From positions 1,022,910 to 1,086,909 of the forward strand of contig JBHYGA010000004.1 in assembly GCA_051859245.1 (NCBI GenBank): a stretch of DNA of 64,000 bases, read 5' to 3'. The DNA comes from Gemmatimonadaceae bacterium (GTDB lineage: Bacteria; Gemmatimonadota; Gemmatimonadetes; Gemmatimonadales; Gemmatimonadaceae). A program made the position numbers and the translations under genes. This document shows, piece by piece, positions 9,354-18,242 of this stretch (the stretch's first letter is position 1; every line of letters begins with the position of its first letter). The notes under the pieces are model-generated. The model saw only the letters and a list, made by a program, of their open reading frames with translations, did no database searches and had not been told where the DNA came from.

Positions 9354-11171
9354 ATGCCGCATGATACGGGACTCATTGTCACCATTGCGGCAGGCCTTGC
9401 CCTCGCCTTTGTATTTGGTTGGCTCGCTACACGACTGAAGATCCCCGCGCTTGTCGGGTATCTGCTCGCGGGCATCGTCCTCAGCCCGAACACGCCGGGC
9501 TATTCAGCGGATCTCGGACTCGCCGGGCAGCTCGCTGAAATCGGTGTGATTCTGCTGATGTTTGGTGTTGGACTGCATTTTTCGTTGAACGACCTGATGA
9601 ATGTTCGACGAGTTGCGTTACCCGGCGCGATCGTCGGCATGATTGTGCTCACGCTTGCGGGTACTGCACTCGCCTCGGTGTGGGGGTGGTCCACCGGGTC
9701 TGCGATCACGTTTGGTTTGTGTATCTGTATTTCCAGCACCGTTGTGGTCATTCGTGCGTTCGAACAACGCAACGCGCTCGACACCGGCGCCGGCAAGCTC
9801 GCGGTTGGCTGGATGATTGTCGAAGACCTTGTGATGGTGATCGCACTGGTCATGTTGCCGGCGCTGGCACCCATCATGGGCGGCACGGCAAGCGATCCCA
9901 CGATCGCAGCGCAGCCGTTGTGGATAGCGCTCGGTCTCACGCTCGCGAAAGTGCTCGCATTCAGCGCGCTCATGTACTTTGTGGGACGCCGCACGATTCC
10001 GTGGCTGCTGTGGCAAGTTGCACGCATCGGCTCGCGTGAACTGTTCACGCTTTCCGTTTTATCGGTGGCACTCGGCATTGCCGTAGGCGCTGCTGCGCTT
10101 TTTGGTGTGTCGTTTGCACTCGGCGCGTTCTTTGCCGGCGTGATTATCAGTGAATCTGAGTTGAGTCATCAGGCAGCGGCGGACGCACTCCCGCTGCGAG
10201 ATGCATTCGCTGTGTTGTTCTTTGTATCGGTTGGCATGCTGTTCGATCCCGGCATTCTGGTACGTGCGCCGTTCAAGGTGCTTGCCATTGTGGCCATTGT
10301 CATGGTGGTCAAGCCGCTCGTATCTGCAGCCATGTTGCTCGTCGCCAAGCGCTCCGCGCACAACGCGGTGAACGTGGGCGCCAGTCTCGGCGAAATCGGC
10401 GAGTTCAGTTTTATTCTGGCCGGGCTCGCGGTATCGCTTGGGCTACTCACAGAAGACGCACGCAGCCTGATACTTGCCGCAGCGATACTTTCGATTTCGT
10501 TCAATCCCATTCTGTTCACGATTGCTCCGCACGCGCAGCGGTGGCTGCAACGCACCAGTCCGCAAATCGGCGTTGTTGCACAGACCACAGAAATGCCGGT
10601 GGCCGAGTTGGGGCTGATGTTGCGTGATCACGCGATCATTGTGGGCTATGGGCGCGTGGGCAGCTTGATTGGTCGTGCGCTTGCACAGTGTGGTGTGCCG
10701 TTCGCGATCGTTGAGCAGGATCGTCAACTCGTCGAGCGACTGCGCCAGGGAGGTATCAATGCGGTGTACGGTGACGCCGCGCGTGTCGGCGTGCTTGCGC
10801 TGGCGAACCCCGCGCACGCTCGACTGATCGTGGTAGCGACGCCAGATCCGTTCCAGGCTCGCCGTGTTGTGGAAATTGCGCGCGAGGCAAAGCCAGACGT
10901 CGACATTGTGGTGCGCACTCACTCAACGCAGGAACAAGCGTACTTTGAGCAGCTGGGGGTGGGCCGAGTGGTGATGGGCGAGCATGAACTCGCGCTCGGT
11001 ATGGCGCACTACGCGGTCATGTCGCTTGGTCATGGCGATGATCGAGCTGATGACATTGTGCAGCAGCTGCGAGGAACCGGGAGATCGGACCGACTGGCGA
11101 TTGATATCTCAGGCGCTACGGCCGAGTGGCGAAGTCAGCCGCCTTCGGTTGGCTCGTCGTCCAAGTCCTGA
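9354..11171 (+). CDS. ybaL: CPA2 cation:proton antiporter with TrkA-N domain (YbaL/RosB-like)
   Basis: MPHDT N-terminus, LMFGVGLHFS, PLRDAFAVLFFVSVG and VGYGRVG motifs. Confidence 0.88.
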   Translation: MPHDTGLIVTIAAGLALAFVFGWLATRLKIPALVGYLLAGIVLSPNTPGYSADLGLAGQLAEIGVILLMFGVGLHFSLNDLMNVRRVALPGAIVGMIVLTLAGTALASVWGWSTGSAITFGLCICISSTVVVIRAFEQRNALDTGAGKLAVGWMIVEDLVMVIALVMLPALAPIMGGTASDPTIAAQPLWIALGLTLAKVLAFSALMYFVGRRTIPWLLWQVARIGSRELFTLSVLSVALGIAVGAAALFGVSFALGAFFAGVIISESELSHQAAADALPLRDAFAVLFFVSVGMLFDPGILVRAPFKVLAIVAIVMVVKPLVSAAMLLVAKRSAHNAVNVGASLGEIGEFSFILAGLAVSLGLLTEDARSLILAAAILSISFNPILFTIAPHAQRWLQRTSPQIGVVAQTTEMPVAELGLMLRDHAIIVGYGRVGSLIGRALAQCGVPFAIVEQDRQLVERLRQGGINAVYGDAARVGVLALANPAHARLIVVATPDPFQARRVVEIAREAKPDVDIVVRTHSTQEQAYFEQLGVGRVVMGEHELALGMAHYAVMSLGHGDDRADDIVQQLRGTGRSDRLAIDISGATAEWRSQPPSVGSSSKS

Positions 11172-11947
11172 ACGCTTTGCGCCCGACGCTTGAAAGGATG
11201 CACGAACTGCGACACGAATCCGTCGGGCACCTGCTCACTCACTCCGTATTGCTCAGGCAAGCGATTGTTTGGCATATACAAGGTGCCAAACAGGACGTCC
11301 CAGAACGGCAGCTGTCCCGCGAAGTTCTTGTTCACCGACTTATCATGGTTGCCGTGATGCCAGTGATGAAACTCGGGAGACGCGAGAATCCACCGGAGCG
11401 GTCCGAACTTGATTCTGGTATTCGAGTGAATCAACAGCGATTGCCAGTGGTACATCGCCGCCCAGATCCCGATGGCTGCAGTGTCGAAGCCGAGCGCGAA
11501 ACAGGGAATGAGTGACGCGCCTTTCGTCAGGATTTGGTCAAGCGGATGCACCCGATGGGCAGCGAGCCAGTCCATCTCGTTGATGCTGTGATGAATCACG
11601 TGGAACTTCCACAGTAACGGAAACGTGTGGAAGGCTCGATGCACGGCATAGAAGCCGAAGTCTGCGATAATCAGCAGCAGCACGATTTGTAGCCACAAAG
11701 GCAGTGCGCCAACGGTCGACTTGATCGAAGCGGGCAGCAGCTTCTCGCTCAACGCGACGGTGCCCACGACAATCACGAGCAAACCCGCGCGAGTCAGCAC
11801 TCCATTGAGAAGCACGTAGGTGGCATCGGTCAGCCAGCCGGTTCTGAAGAGTCGCTGTTCGCGGTGCAGCGGCAGAATCTGTTCCAGCGGAACAAACACC
11901 AGAATCACCAGCAGTAGTCCGCGGTAGTCGAAGAGCTCGCGCAGCAT
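11135..11947 (-). CDS. Sterol desaturase/fatty acid hydroxylase family protein
   Basis: His boxes HRAFH, HVIHH, HSN and FHHWHH. Confidence 0.88.
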   Translation of the reverse strand: MLRELFDYRGLLLVILVFVPLEQILPLHREQRLFRTGWLTDATYVLLNGVLTRAGLLVIVVGTVALSEKLLPASIKSTVGALPLWLQIVLLLIIADFGFYAVHRAFHTFPLLWKFHVIHHSINEMDWLAAHRVHPLDQILTKGASLIPCFALGFDTAAIGIWAAMYHWQSLLIHSNTRIKFGPLRWILASPEFHHWHHGNHDKSVNKNFAGQLPFWDVLFGTLYMPNNRLPEQYGVSEQVPDGFVSQFVHPFKRRAQSVQDLDDEPTEGG

Positions 11948-11968
11948 TAGGTTTGGATGGGCCGACTG

Positions 11969-12646
11969 CTAGTAGATGCCGGGAAGCAAGCGGTACTTCG
12001 TGCTCATTTTCAGTGTCCTGTACTGAACGTCCTTCTCAAGCATCCGTTCTTCAGCTCGGATACGGGCGATTTGAACCGTCCAAGCCAGAAAGTAAATGCC
12101 CAGATTCCAGGCGGCTGGGCGTGCCAACAGAAAGCCGAGTTGTGTCAGCATATAGCCGGCATACATGGGGTGCCTCACGTATCGATAGGCGCCGCTGACC
12201 TTCACGCCCCTGTTCGCCGCAACAACTCCGAAGCTTCGTCGCAACGTCAACTTGGCCGAGAACTGCACGATAAAGCCGGCCACCATAAGCGTGGCCACCA
12301 GCTGCGCGGGCAAAAAGCTTGCCTCCGGCACCGGCTGGATGAGAAGCGGAAGCCCGGTGCCTGTTACGCCGATGAACCAATCGTACAGGCGCCTCGAAAT
12401 ATCGCTTGTCTTTCTTCGGAGCAGCACGAAGATCACCACCAACGACTCACTCGCCACGATCGCAAGATTGAGCCAGTTGGAACTGTTGAGCCCCGGGCCA
12501 AGAAGCCTGTTGAGGAATACCGCGTACAAGCCGAGAATCGCCAGCTTCTCGACGAGATCCCAGTCTAACCGGTGCCAGCCGCGTTCCTGTGTACCAGGCG
12601 TCCTGTAGTCCTTCACTCGCTCCTCGATTCGTTTATCGCGCTGCAC
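11969..12646 (-). CDS. Isoprenylcysteine carboxylmethyltransferase (ICMT/PEMT)-family membrane methyltransferase
   Basis: GAYRYVRHPMYAG and RIRAEE motifs with TM helices. Confidence 0.85.
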   Translation of the reverse strand: MQRDKRIEERVKDYRTPGTQERGWHRLDWDLVEKLAILGLYAVFLNRLLGPGLNSSNWLNLAIVASESLVVIFVLLRRKTSDISRRLYDWFIGVTGTGLPLLIQPVPEASFLPAQLVATLMVAGFIVQFSAKLTLRRSFGVVAANRGVKVSGAYRYVRHPMYAGYMLTQLGFLLARPAAWNLGIYFLAWTVQIARIRAEERMLEKDVQYRTLKMSTKYRLLPGIY

Positions 12647-12769
12647 AGAGGATGGCTTGTCGTGAGAAAAGGCAACACGCCGAATCCCGTCCGCATTCGG
12701 TTGTCAGGGTTACCTGACTAGATTGAAAACTGTGGTTGGCGCTTGTCTCATTGTCCAGAGTCGCACCTG

Positions 12770-13165
12770 ATGAAACGGAAACGCTTGCTGGTGGTTGGAG
12801 ACCGCGTGCTGGTCAAGCCTGAAGAGGGCGAACAACGTAGTAAGGTTGGCTTGTACTTGCCCGCCACGGCCGTTGACGCCCAGGCGGTGCAGGGCGGCCG
12901 TATTGTGAACACGGGCCCCGGATTGGCGCTGCCCGATCTTGGCGATCATTCCGATGAACCGTGGCGCACGGCGGGTGGCTCAGGGCGCGAGGCGCGCTAC
13001 GTGCCCATGCAGGCGCGCACCGGTGACTACGCGATCTTTTTCAAGAAAGCGGCGGTAGAAATAACGTTCGACAACGAGCAGTACCTCGTGGTGCCGCAGG
13101 CCGCGATTCTGGCCCTGGTGCGCGAGGGAGACTCGCCGGACGTGATTGAACAGCTCGGCTTGTAG
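12770..13165 (+). CDS. Co-chaperonin GroES-family protein (no adjacent groEL)
   Basis: GDRVLVKP, GLYLP mobile loop, GPG and GDYAIF motifs. Confidence 0.85.
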   Translation: MKRKRLLVVGDRVLVKPEEGEQRSKVGLYLPATAVDAQAVQGGRIVNTGPGLALPDLGDHSDEPWRTAGGSGREARYVPMQARTGDYAIFFKKAAVEITFDNEQYLVVPQAAILALVREGDSPDVIEQLGL

Positions 13166-13190
13166 TCATTCGTACTTGTAGTCATTCGTA
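13159..13190. repeat. Perfect 16-bp tandem duplication (CTTGTAGTCATTCGTA x2)
   Basis: Seen directly; the first unit contains the stop codon of the groES-like gene. Confidence 0.9.
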
Positions 13191-13253
13191 TTTGATGTCG
13201 GCGTGCGGAGTAGCGTCGCTTACTTTTTCTGGACCTTTCTCGGAGTGTATGTG

Positions 13254-13691
13254 ATGATGTATCCAGAGCAGATTGTCTCGCCCATGCGCGAAGAGCTCAC
13301 CCGGCTTGGTGTTGAAGAGTTGCGCACGGCAGACGCGGTGCGTGAGAAACTCTCGCCGGCGAGCGGCACGCAGTTGGTGGTTGTGAACAGTGTGTGCGGT
13401 TGTGCAGCGCGCAACGCGCGTCCGGCCGTGGCAATGGCGCTTGAGTCGACAACGCGACCAGATGGTTTGTACACGGTGTTTGCCGGCCAGGACACGGAAG
13501 CCACGCAGGTGGCGCGTGGTTACTTCACGGGTTACGCACCGAGTTCGCCGAGCATTGCGTTGCTGAAAGATGGCGACGTGGCGTTTATGCTCGAGCGTTG
13601 GCAGATCGAAGGGCGTACTGCGCAGGAAATCGCGGCTGATCTCAAGGGCGCGTTTGAATCGTTCTGCACGCCGGCTACGAGTGCGGCGTAG
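13254..13691 (+). CDS. BrxA/BrxB-family bacilliredoxin
   Basis: PMREELT, NSVCGCAA..ARP (CGC motif), TVFAGQD and PSSPS motifs. Confidence 0.92.
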   Translation: MMYPEQIVSPMREELTRLGVEELRTADAVREKLSPASGTQLVVVNSVCGCAARNARPAVAMALESTTRPDGLYTVFAGQDTEATQVARGYFTGYAPSSPSIALLKDGDVAFMLERWQIEGRTAQEIAADLKGAFESFCTPATSAA

Positions 13692-13712
13692 TTCGCGCTG
13701 CACGATGTTCGC

Positions 13713-14003
13713 GTGACTGGACCACGACATATCAGAGTCGTAGCACGAGTGGCCGCGGTGACTGGATCAGTCATCGCGGCTGTTGCGTTGTGGTGGATGT
13801 TCGCCGGATTGCCGCGCCCGGTTGCAACCGTGCTTGCCGATTCGGAATGGGAGCCGTGTATCGAGCGCTATGCGGGCGCGAGTTCGGCGCGGGATACGCA
13901 GCGAGTGGACGCGTGGGTGCTCAAGCCGCGTTCACGATTCAGCCGCGCCGTAACGTGTGGCGGCCTCAGGAAGGCCCGCACCGCCGCGTCCCCGAGCCAG
14001 TAA
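13713..14003 (+). CDS. Small hypothetical protein with N-terminal TM segment
   Basis: 96-aa ORF filling the gap after brx; one hydrophobic helix and two Cys. Confidence 0.45.
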   Translation: MTGPRHIRVVARVAAVTGSVIAAVALWWMFAGLPRPVATVLADSEWEPCIERYAGASSARDTQRVDAWVLKPRSRFSRAVTCGGLRKARTAASPSQ

Positions 14004-14426
14004 TAACTGGCGCTTTTGTGTCGTAATGGCGACACAGTGGCAAGGGTGCATCAGAAGTGCGCTCGGGATGGGATAACACTCGGTTGGAATGACCGAGCGG
14101 CCTCGAGCGTTTCTGGCCCGAGAAAATTCTGACCGATCGTTCGGTGCGAAAGCGTTGCGTTTTAGGCAATTGTGATGCAAGATACCGGCAATGTGTGTTG
14201 CGGCAGTGCAACAGAAGAGCCTGCCATGTCTTGGTAACAGCGGCGCGCAAGTGATCGAATTGCAGATATTCTTACGGCGAGCTCGACCATTTTCCAGTTC
14301 CATGTAAATCGATGATTCGCAGCGGCTTGTGTCGCGTTATTGGGCTGTTTTTCGTCCCAGGTTTGACGAGATCCGATTGCCGTTTTGACGTCGTACAAGC
14401 GCTGGGAAGTGTGAGCTGAAATACAG

Positions 14427-14441
14427 TGGCTTGGCGCTTGC
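14427..14441 (+). promoter_or_regulatory. Candidate sigma54 (-24/-12) promoter for the flp/tad locus
   Basis: TGGCTTGGCGCTTGC fits GG-N10-GC with TTGC, about 125 bp upstream of the first pilin. Confidence 0.4.
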
Positions 14442-14564
14442 CAGTTGGTAGGGATCGAGAGTGTGGCCGTGTCAGGCCGTTACCTCGGGGCCGGCCCGAT
14501 CATCCATTGTGTGACGGACAGTACCGGCGCTCACGCGGTTCAACTTTTAAGTGTGGAGACAGTC

Positions 14565-14741
14565 ATGTCCAAGGTTTCGAGCATGTTCCGCCGTTTCGTG
14601 AAGGAAGAGTCGGGCGCTACGATGGTTGAGTATGGCGTGATGGTTGCCGTGATCGCCGCCGTGTCAATCGTGGTTGTTCGCTCCATCGGTAACAAGACGA
14701 ACAACGCGTTCTCCGCCGTTGACAGCGCACTCACGCCGTGA
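14565..14741 (+). CDS. flp: Flp family type IVb/c pilin 1
   Basis: EESG|ATMVEYG prepilin motif, 58 aa, GGAG RBS upstream. Confidence 0.93.
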   Translation: MSKVSSMFRRFVKEESGATMVEYGVMVAVIAAVSIVVVRSIGNKTNNAFSAVDSALTP

Positions 14742-14778
14742 TTCTTCCCGGTCGACTTTCTCCTCAGCGATCTTAAGG

Positions 14779-14997
14779 ATGACCGACGACATCGGCGCCC
14801 AGGATCGTTGTGTGAGAGGCTCGTCGAGCATGGGCGCGCGCCATGGTGCGCGCCCATCTCGTCGGGGAGCGACCTCCGTTGAGTATGCCCTAATGGTCGC
14901 ACTGCTGGCGGCCATTTGTATCCTATCCGTTCGAGCGCTTGGACTGAAGACGAACAACGCCTTCGAGCGTACCGATTCGTCTCTCACTCCGCCTTGA
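14779..14997 (+). CDS. flp: Flp family pilin 2
   Basis: RRG|ATSVEYAL motif; C-terminus KTNNAF...LTP shared with pilin 1; alternative start at 14830. Confidence 0.85.
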   Translation: MTDDIGAQDRCVRGSSSMGARHGARPSRRGATSVEYALMVALLAAICILSVRALGLKTNNAFERTDSSLTPP

Positions 14998-15005
14998 GGC
15001 TTGGG

Positions 15006-15551
15006 GTGTTGTCGCACGTTTTGTTTTTCGTGTTTATGGCGTGTCTAGTTGGGGGCGTGTATTCAGATGTCACTGCTCGTCGTGTCGGCAATGGGCTAGT
15101 TGCTGGAATCCTCGTGCTCGGGCTCATCGCGGCGTTCATCGGCCAAGTATCTCTAGCCGCTTCTCTACTGTCCGCAGTGCTCGGTGCACTGCTCGGACTT
15201 GCCCTTTGGTTGCCATTCTGGCTGGCGGGTTTGCTCGGTGCTGGCGACGTAAAGTTTTTCGCGGCGGGTTCTGCGTGGTTGGGCCCCGCACTCACCTGGC
15301 GGGCCGCGATTGTTGCGGCGCTGCTTGGCGGCGTGCTCAGTCTGGTGGTGATTGCGCGACGAAGCGGTCTACGTGGCGCGACAGAAATGGTGGCGGTCCA
15401 AACCGCGCAGGCGCGGTCGATCATTGCGAATGCCGATATCGCCGGATCGGACGCGGCGAGTCGGACGTTCCCGTATGCGTTACCGATGGCGCTGGCAATC
15501 GCGTTAGCGGCCCTCGTGCCGTCTCGAGTTCTTGATTTCCTGGCTCCCTGA
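15006..15551 (+). CDS. cpaA: Prepilin peptidase, A24 family (TadV/CpaA)
   Basis: Catalytic Asp motifs SDV..RR and GAGDVK; FPYA near the C-terminus; start uncertain. Confidence 0.88.
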   Translation: MLSHVLFFVFMACLVGGVYSDVTARRVGNGLVAGILVLGLIAAFIGQVSLAASLLSAVLGALLGLALWLPFWLAGLLGAGDVKFFAAGSAWLGPALTWRAAIVAALLGGVLSLVVIARRSGLRGATEMVAVQTAQARSIIANADIAGSDAASRTFPYALPMALAIALAALVPSRVLDFLAP

Positions 15552-15553
15552 CT

Positions 15554-15991
15554 ATGCGTTTCGTCGTTTCGATTTTGCGAAGGTTTTCTCGAGATGAACG
15601 CGCGGCCTCTATGGTCGAGTTTGCGATTGTGGTACCGCTGCTTTTGCTTCTCGTTTTCGGGATCATCGATTTTGGCCGTGTGTTTTTCGATCTCAACAAC
15701 TTGACCAACGTTGCGCGCGACGGGGCTCGTACGGGAGCGGTGTTGGCGACGGTGAACAACGCGGATCTCGATCGCGTTCGAGATTCGGTGATCGCTCGTT
15801 TCAATCGAAACAACATCAAGAATTCGGCTCTCACGACTTCGATGGTCACGGTAAGTGCCCAAGGCACATCGCCGAATCGTACCATCCGGGTCGTGATTAG
15901 TGGCTATCCTCTCAATCCGATCGTCCCCTTAGGGCCGCTCACTGGACCGCTACGCGATGTACGGGCTGAGTTTCGACACGAATTTCAATGA
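15554..15991 (+). CDS. tadE: TadE-like minor pilin
   Basis: SMVEFAIVVPLLLLLVFGIIDFG and ARDGAR motifs. Confidence 0.9.
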   Translation: MRFVVSILRRFSRDERAASMVEFAIVVPLLLLLVFGIIDFGRVFFDLNNLTNVARDGARTGAVLATVNNADLDRVRDSVIARFNRNNIKNSALTTSMVTVSAQGTSPNRTIRVVISGYPLNPIVPLGPLTGPLRDVRAEFRHEFQ

Positions 15992-16024
15992 TGGCACCCT
16001 TTTTCTCTTGGGTCGGAGCTGGTA

Positions 16025-16951
16025 ATGGGTGATCGACGTTTTGGTTTCGTTCTGTTGCTTGCAATCGCCGTCGCTGGTGCGTCGGCTTTTGGCGTGTACC
16101 GCATGTTGCAACAGGCGCAGGCAGAGGCAAAAGTGCCGACGCTGCCTGTCGTCGTCGCCGCGAACGATATTTCGGACGGCCAACTTGTGAGCGCGACGGA
16201 TGTGAACGTGGTTGAGCTGCCGGTGAGCGCAGTTCCTCCCGGCTCGTTTCGTACCACCGATTCTGTGATCGGTCGCGTCTCACGGCTGCCGATTTTCACG
16301 GGCGAGGCATTCGTGCCCGGTCGGCTGGCGCCTGTTGGAACCGGTGCCGGACTGGAAGTGAAAATCACGCCGGGCAAGCGCGCCATGGCAGTCAAGATCG
16401 ACGAGGTTGCGGGACTCTCTGGCTTGATTCAACCCAACAGCCGAGTTGATGTGCTGCTCACGATCAACGATGGAAGTGAGGGAGCGCAGCAGCGTGCCAA
16501 GCTGATCATGAGCAACATGCGAGTCCTCTCTGTGGGCTCGCAGGTTGAGCGTGGCCCTGATGGCAGGCCAATGAACGCCACCACAGCTGCTCTGGAAGTC
16601 ACGCCGATTGAATCCGAAGAACTGGCGGTCGCGGCGAATCAGGGCAAGATCCAGCTCGTGCTTCGCGGCTATGGCGATCCCGATACAGTTGATACAGATG
16701 GTGCGACCGTACGTCAGGTGATGGGCGGTCGGGCTTCCGCAGCACCCACTCCCGCACCGGCCAACACGCGTTCCACGCGTCCCGCCGCCCCTGTGGTTCA
16801 GCCAGCACCGGTAGTGCCCCCTGCGCCCGTTGTGCAGCAGCCCAAACGGCCGGATTCGGCGGTTGTGCAAGTGTATCGAAGAAGCGCCGTCACGCAGCAG
16901 AAGCTTGAGAAGCGCGACTCTACCAAACCGCCTGACACGCTGCCTCGCTAA
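16025..16951 (+). CDS. cpaB: Flp pilus assembly protein CpaB/RcpC
   Basis: SAF domain (VVVAANDI..G), PGKRAMAV and G.IQPNSRVDV motifs. Confidence 0.92.
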   Translation: MGDRRFGFVLLLAIAVAGASAFGVYRMLQQAQAEAKVPTLPVVVAANDISDGQLVSATDVNVVELPVSAVPPGSFRTTDSVIGRVSRLPIFTGEAFVPGRLAPVGTGAGLEVKITPGKRAMAVKIDEVAGLSGLIQPNSRVDVLLTINDGSEGAQQRAKLIMSNMRVLSVGSQVERGPDGRPMNATTAALEVTPIESEELAVAANQGKIQLVLRGYGDPDTVDTDGATVRQVMGGRASAAPTPAPANTRSTRPAAPVVQPAPVVPPAPVVQQPKRPDSAVVQVYRRSAVTQQKLEKRDSTKPPDTLPR

Positions 16952-17015
16952 TCGCATGTCCCTCCGCAGAGGCCGCACCAACTGTGGCTTCGCTACGTCT
17001 CCCGCCCGTCACTCC

Positions 17016-18194
17016 ATGCGCTCCATCAACCAGTCTTTGTTCGATCGGCGTACTACGTATTCTCTCGGGTTCGCGCTGTTATTCGCCGTGTCGTTGCCAG
17101 TTGGCGCGCGTGCGCAGGAAACGGCCGTACCTGTCGTGAACATTGACCTGATTGCTGGCCGATCATTGCCAATAACGGGCGGGGCTGCGATTTCGAAGGT
17201 GACGGTGGCGAATCCGGATGTCGCCGATGTCGTTGTAATCAGCGAGACTGAGGTGGTCATCAATGCGATTGCTACCGGCGAGACAGATGTGATTTTGTGG
17301 GGCACAGGCGTACCGCGGCGCCACTATCGCGTCTCCGTTCGCTCTTCGCCTGAACGTCGACAGATCCTGCTCGGCGTCAAGTTCGCGGAAGTGCGAAAAG
17401 ACGCCCTGCGCAACATCTCGACTTCGCTTCGCTACCGTGAGGCTAACGGCAACACGCGGGTCGGTGGCGGTGAATTCCGGACGGACAATGGCTTCGATGA
17501 AGATGGCAACGTCCTGTTGAATGCCGCGCGGTATCTGACGGTGCTGTCAACCTTTAATACAAACGAACTGCTCGGACTGCTGGATGCTGAGGAGCAGCGC
17601 GGAAATGCGCGTTTCCTGGCCGAGCCAAATCTTATGGCGGCCAATCTCGAGGAAGCTTCCTTCCTCGCCGGTGGCGAGTTTCCGATCCCGATCGTTCAGG
17701 GCGGCGTTGCTGGTCAAGCGGCGGCCGTCATGATCCAGTTTCGCGAGTTCGGCATTCGCCTGACTTTTAAAGGCGAGGTGCTGACCGACTCGCTGCTCAA
17801 GCTGACCGTCAAACCAGAAGTGTCGTCGCTTGACTACGGCAATGCGATCACCATCTCCGGCTTCCAGATCCCAGCGCTTCGCACGAGACGTGTCCAGAGT
17901 ACCGTGGACGTTCTGACAAATCGCAGCCTGATCATCTCCGGTCTGTTCAATGAAGAGCGCGAGCGAGTGAAAACGGGAATTCCGTTTCTCGTCAACATTC
18001 CAATCATTGGCGATCTCCTGTCGAGCCAGCGTTGGGTGAACAACGAAAGCGAGTTGATCGTGGTGGTCACGCCAATTCTCATGGATCCAAACAACCCTCG
18101 CGCGACGGATCTGATTCGTTTTGTTCCGGATACGACGCTTCCCGCCCGTCCGGCACTCGAAAAGCGATTGCCCATCCCACCAGGGACGCCGTAA
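17016..18194 (+). CDS. cpaC: Tad secretin CpaC/RcpA
   Basis: VANPDVADV N-domain, LAEPNL, FLAGGEFPIP, FREFGIRL and IPFLVNIPIIGDL motifs. Confidence 0.92.
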   Translation: MRSINQSLFDRRTTYSLGFALLFAVSLPVGARAQETAVPVVNIDLIAGRSLPITGGAAISKVTVANPDVADVVVISETEVVINAIATGETDVILWGTGVPRRHYRVSVRSSPERRQILLGVKFAEVRKDALRNISTSLRYREANGNTRVGGGEFRTDNGFDEDGNVLLNAARYLTVLSTFNTNELLGLLDAEEQRGNARFLAEPNLMAANLEEASFLAGGEFPIPIVQGGVAGQAAAVMIQFREFGIRLTFKGEVLTDSLLKLTVKPEVSSLDYGNAITISGFQIPALRTRRVQSTVDVLTNRSLIISGLFNEERERVKTGIPFLVNIPIIGDLLSSQRWVNNESELIVVVTPILMDPNNPRATDLIRFVPDTTLPARPALEKRLPIPPGTP

Positions 18195-18242
18195 AGGTTA
18201 CCGACTTTGATTCGATTCATTTTCTCGATTCTTCAACGCTAA

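Noticed and set aside
14004..14564. Possible c-di-GMP riboswitch upstream of the pilins
   Set aside because: I could not find the GEMM-type conserved elements by eye; an Rfam scan would settle it.
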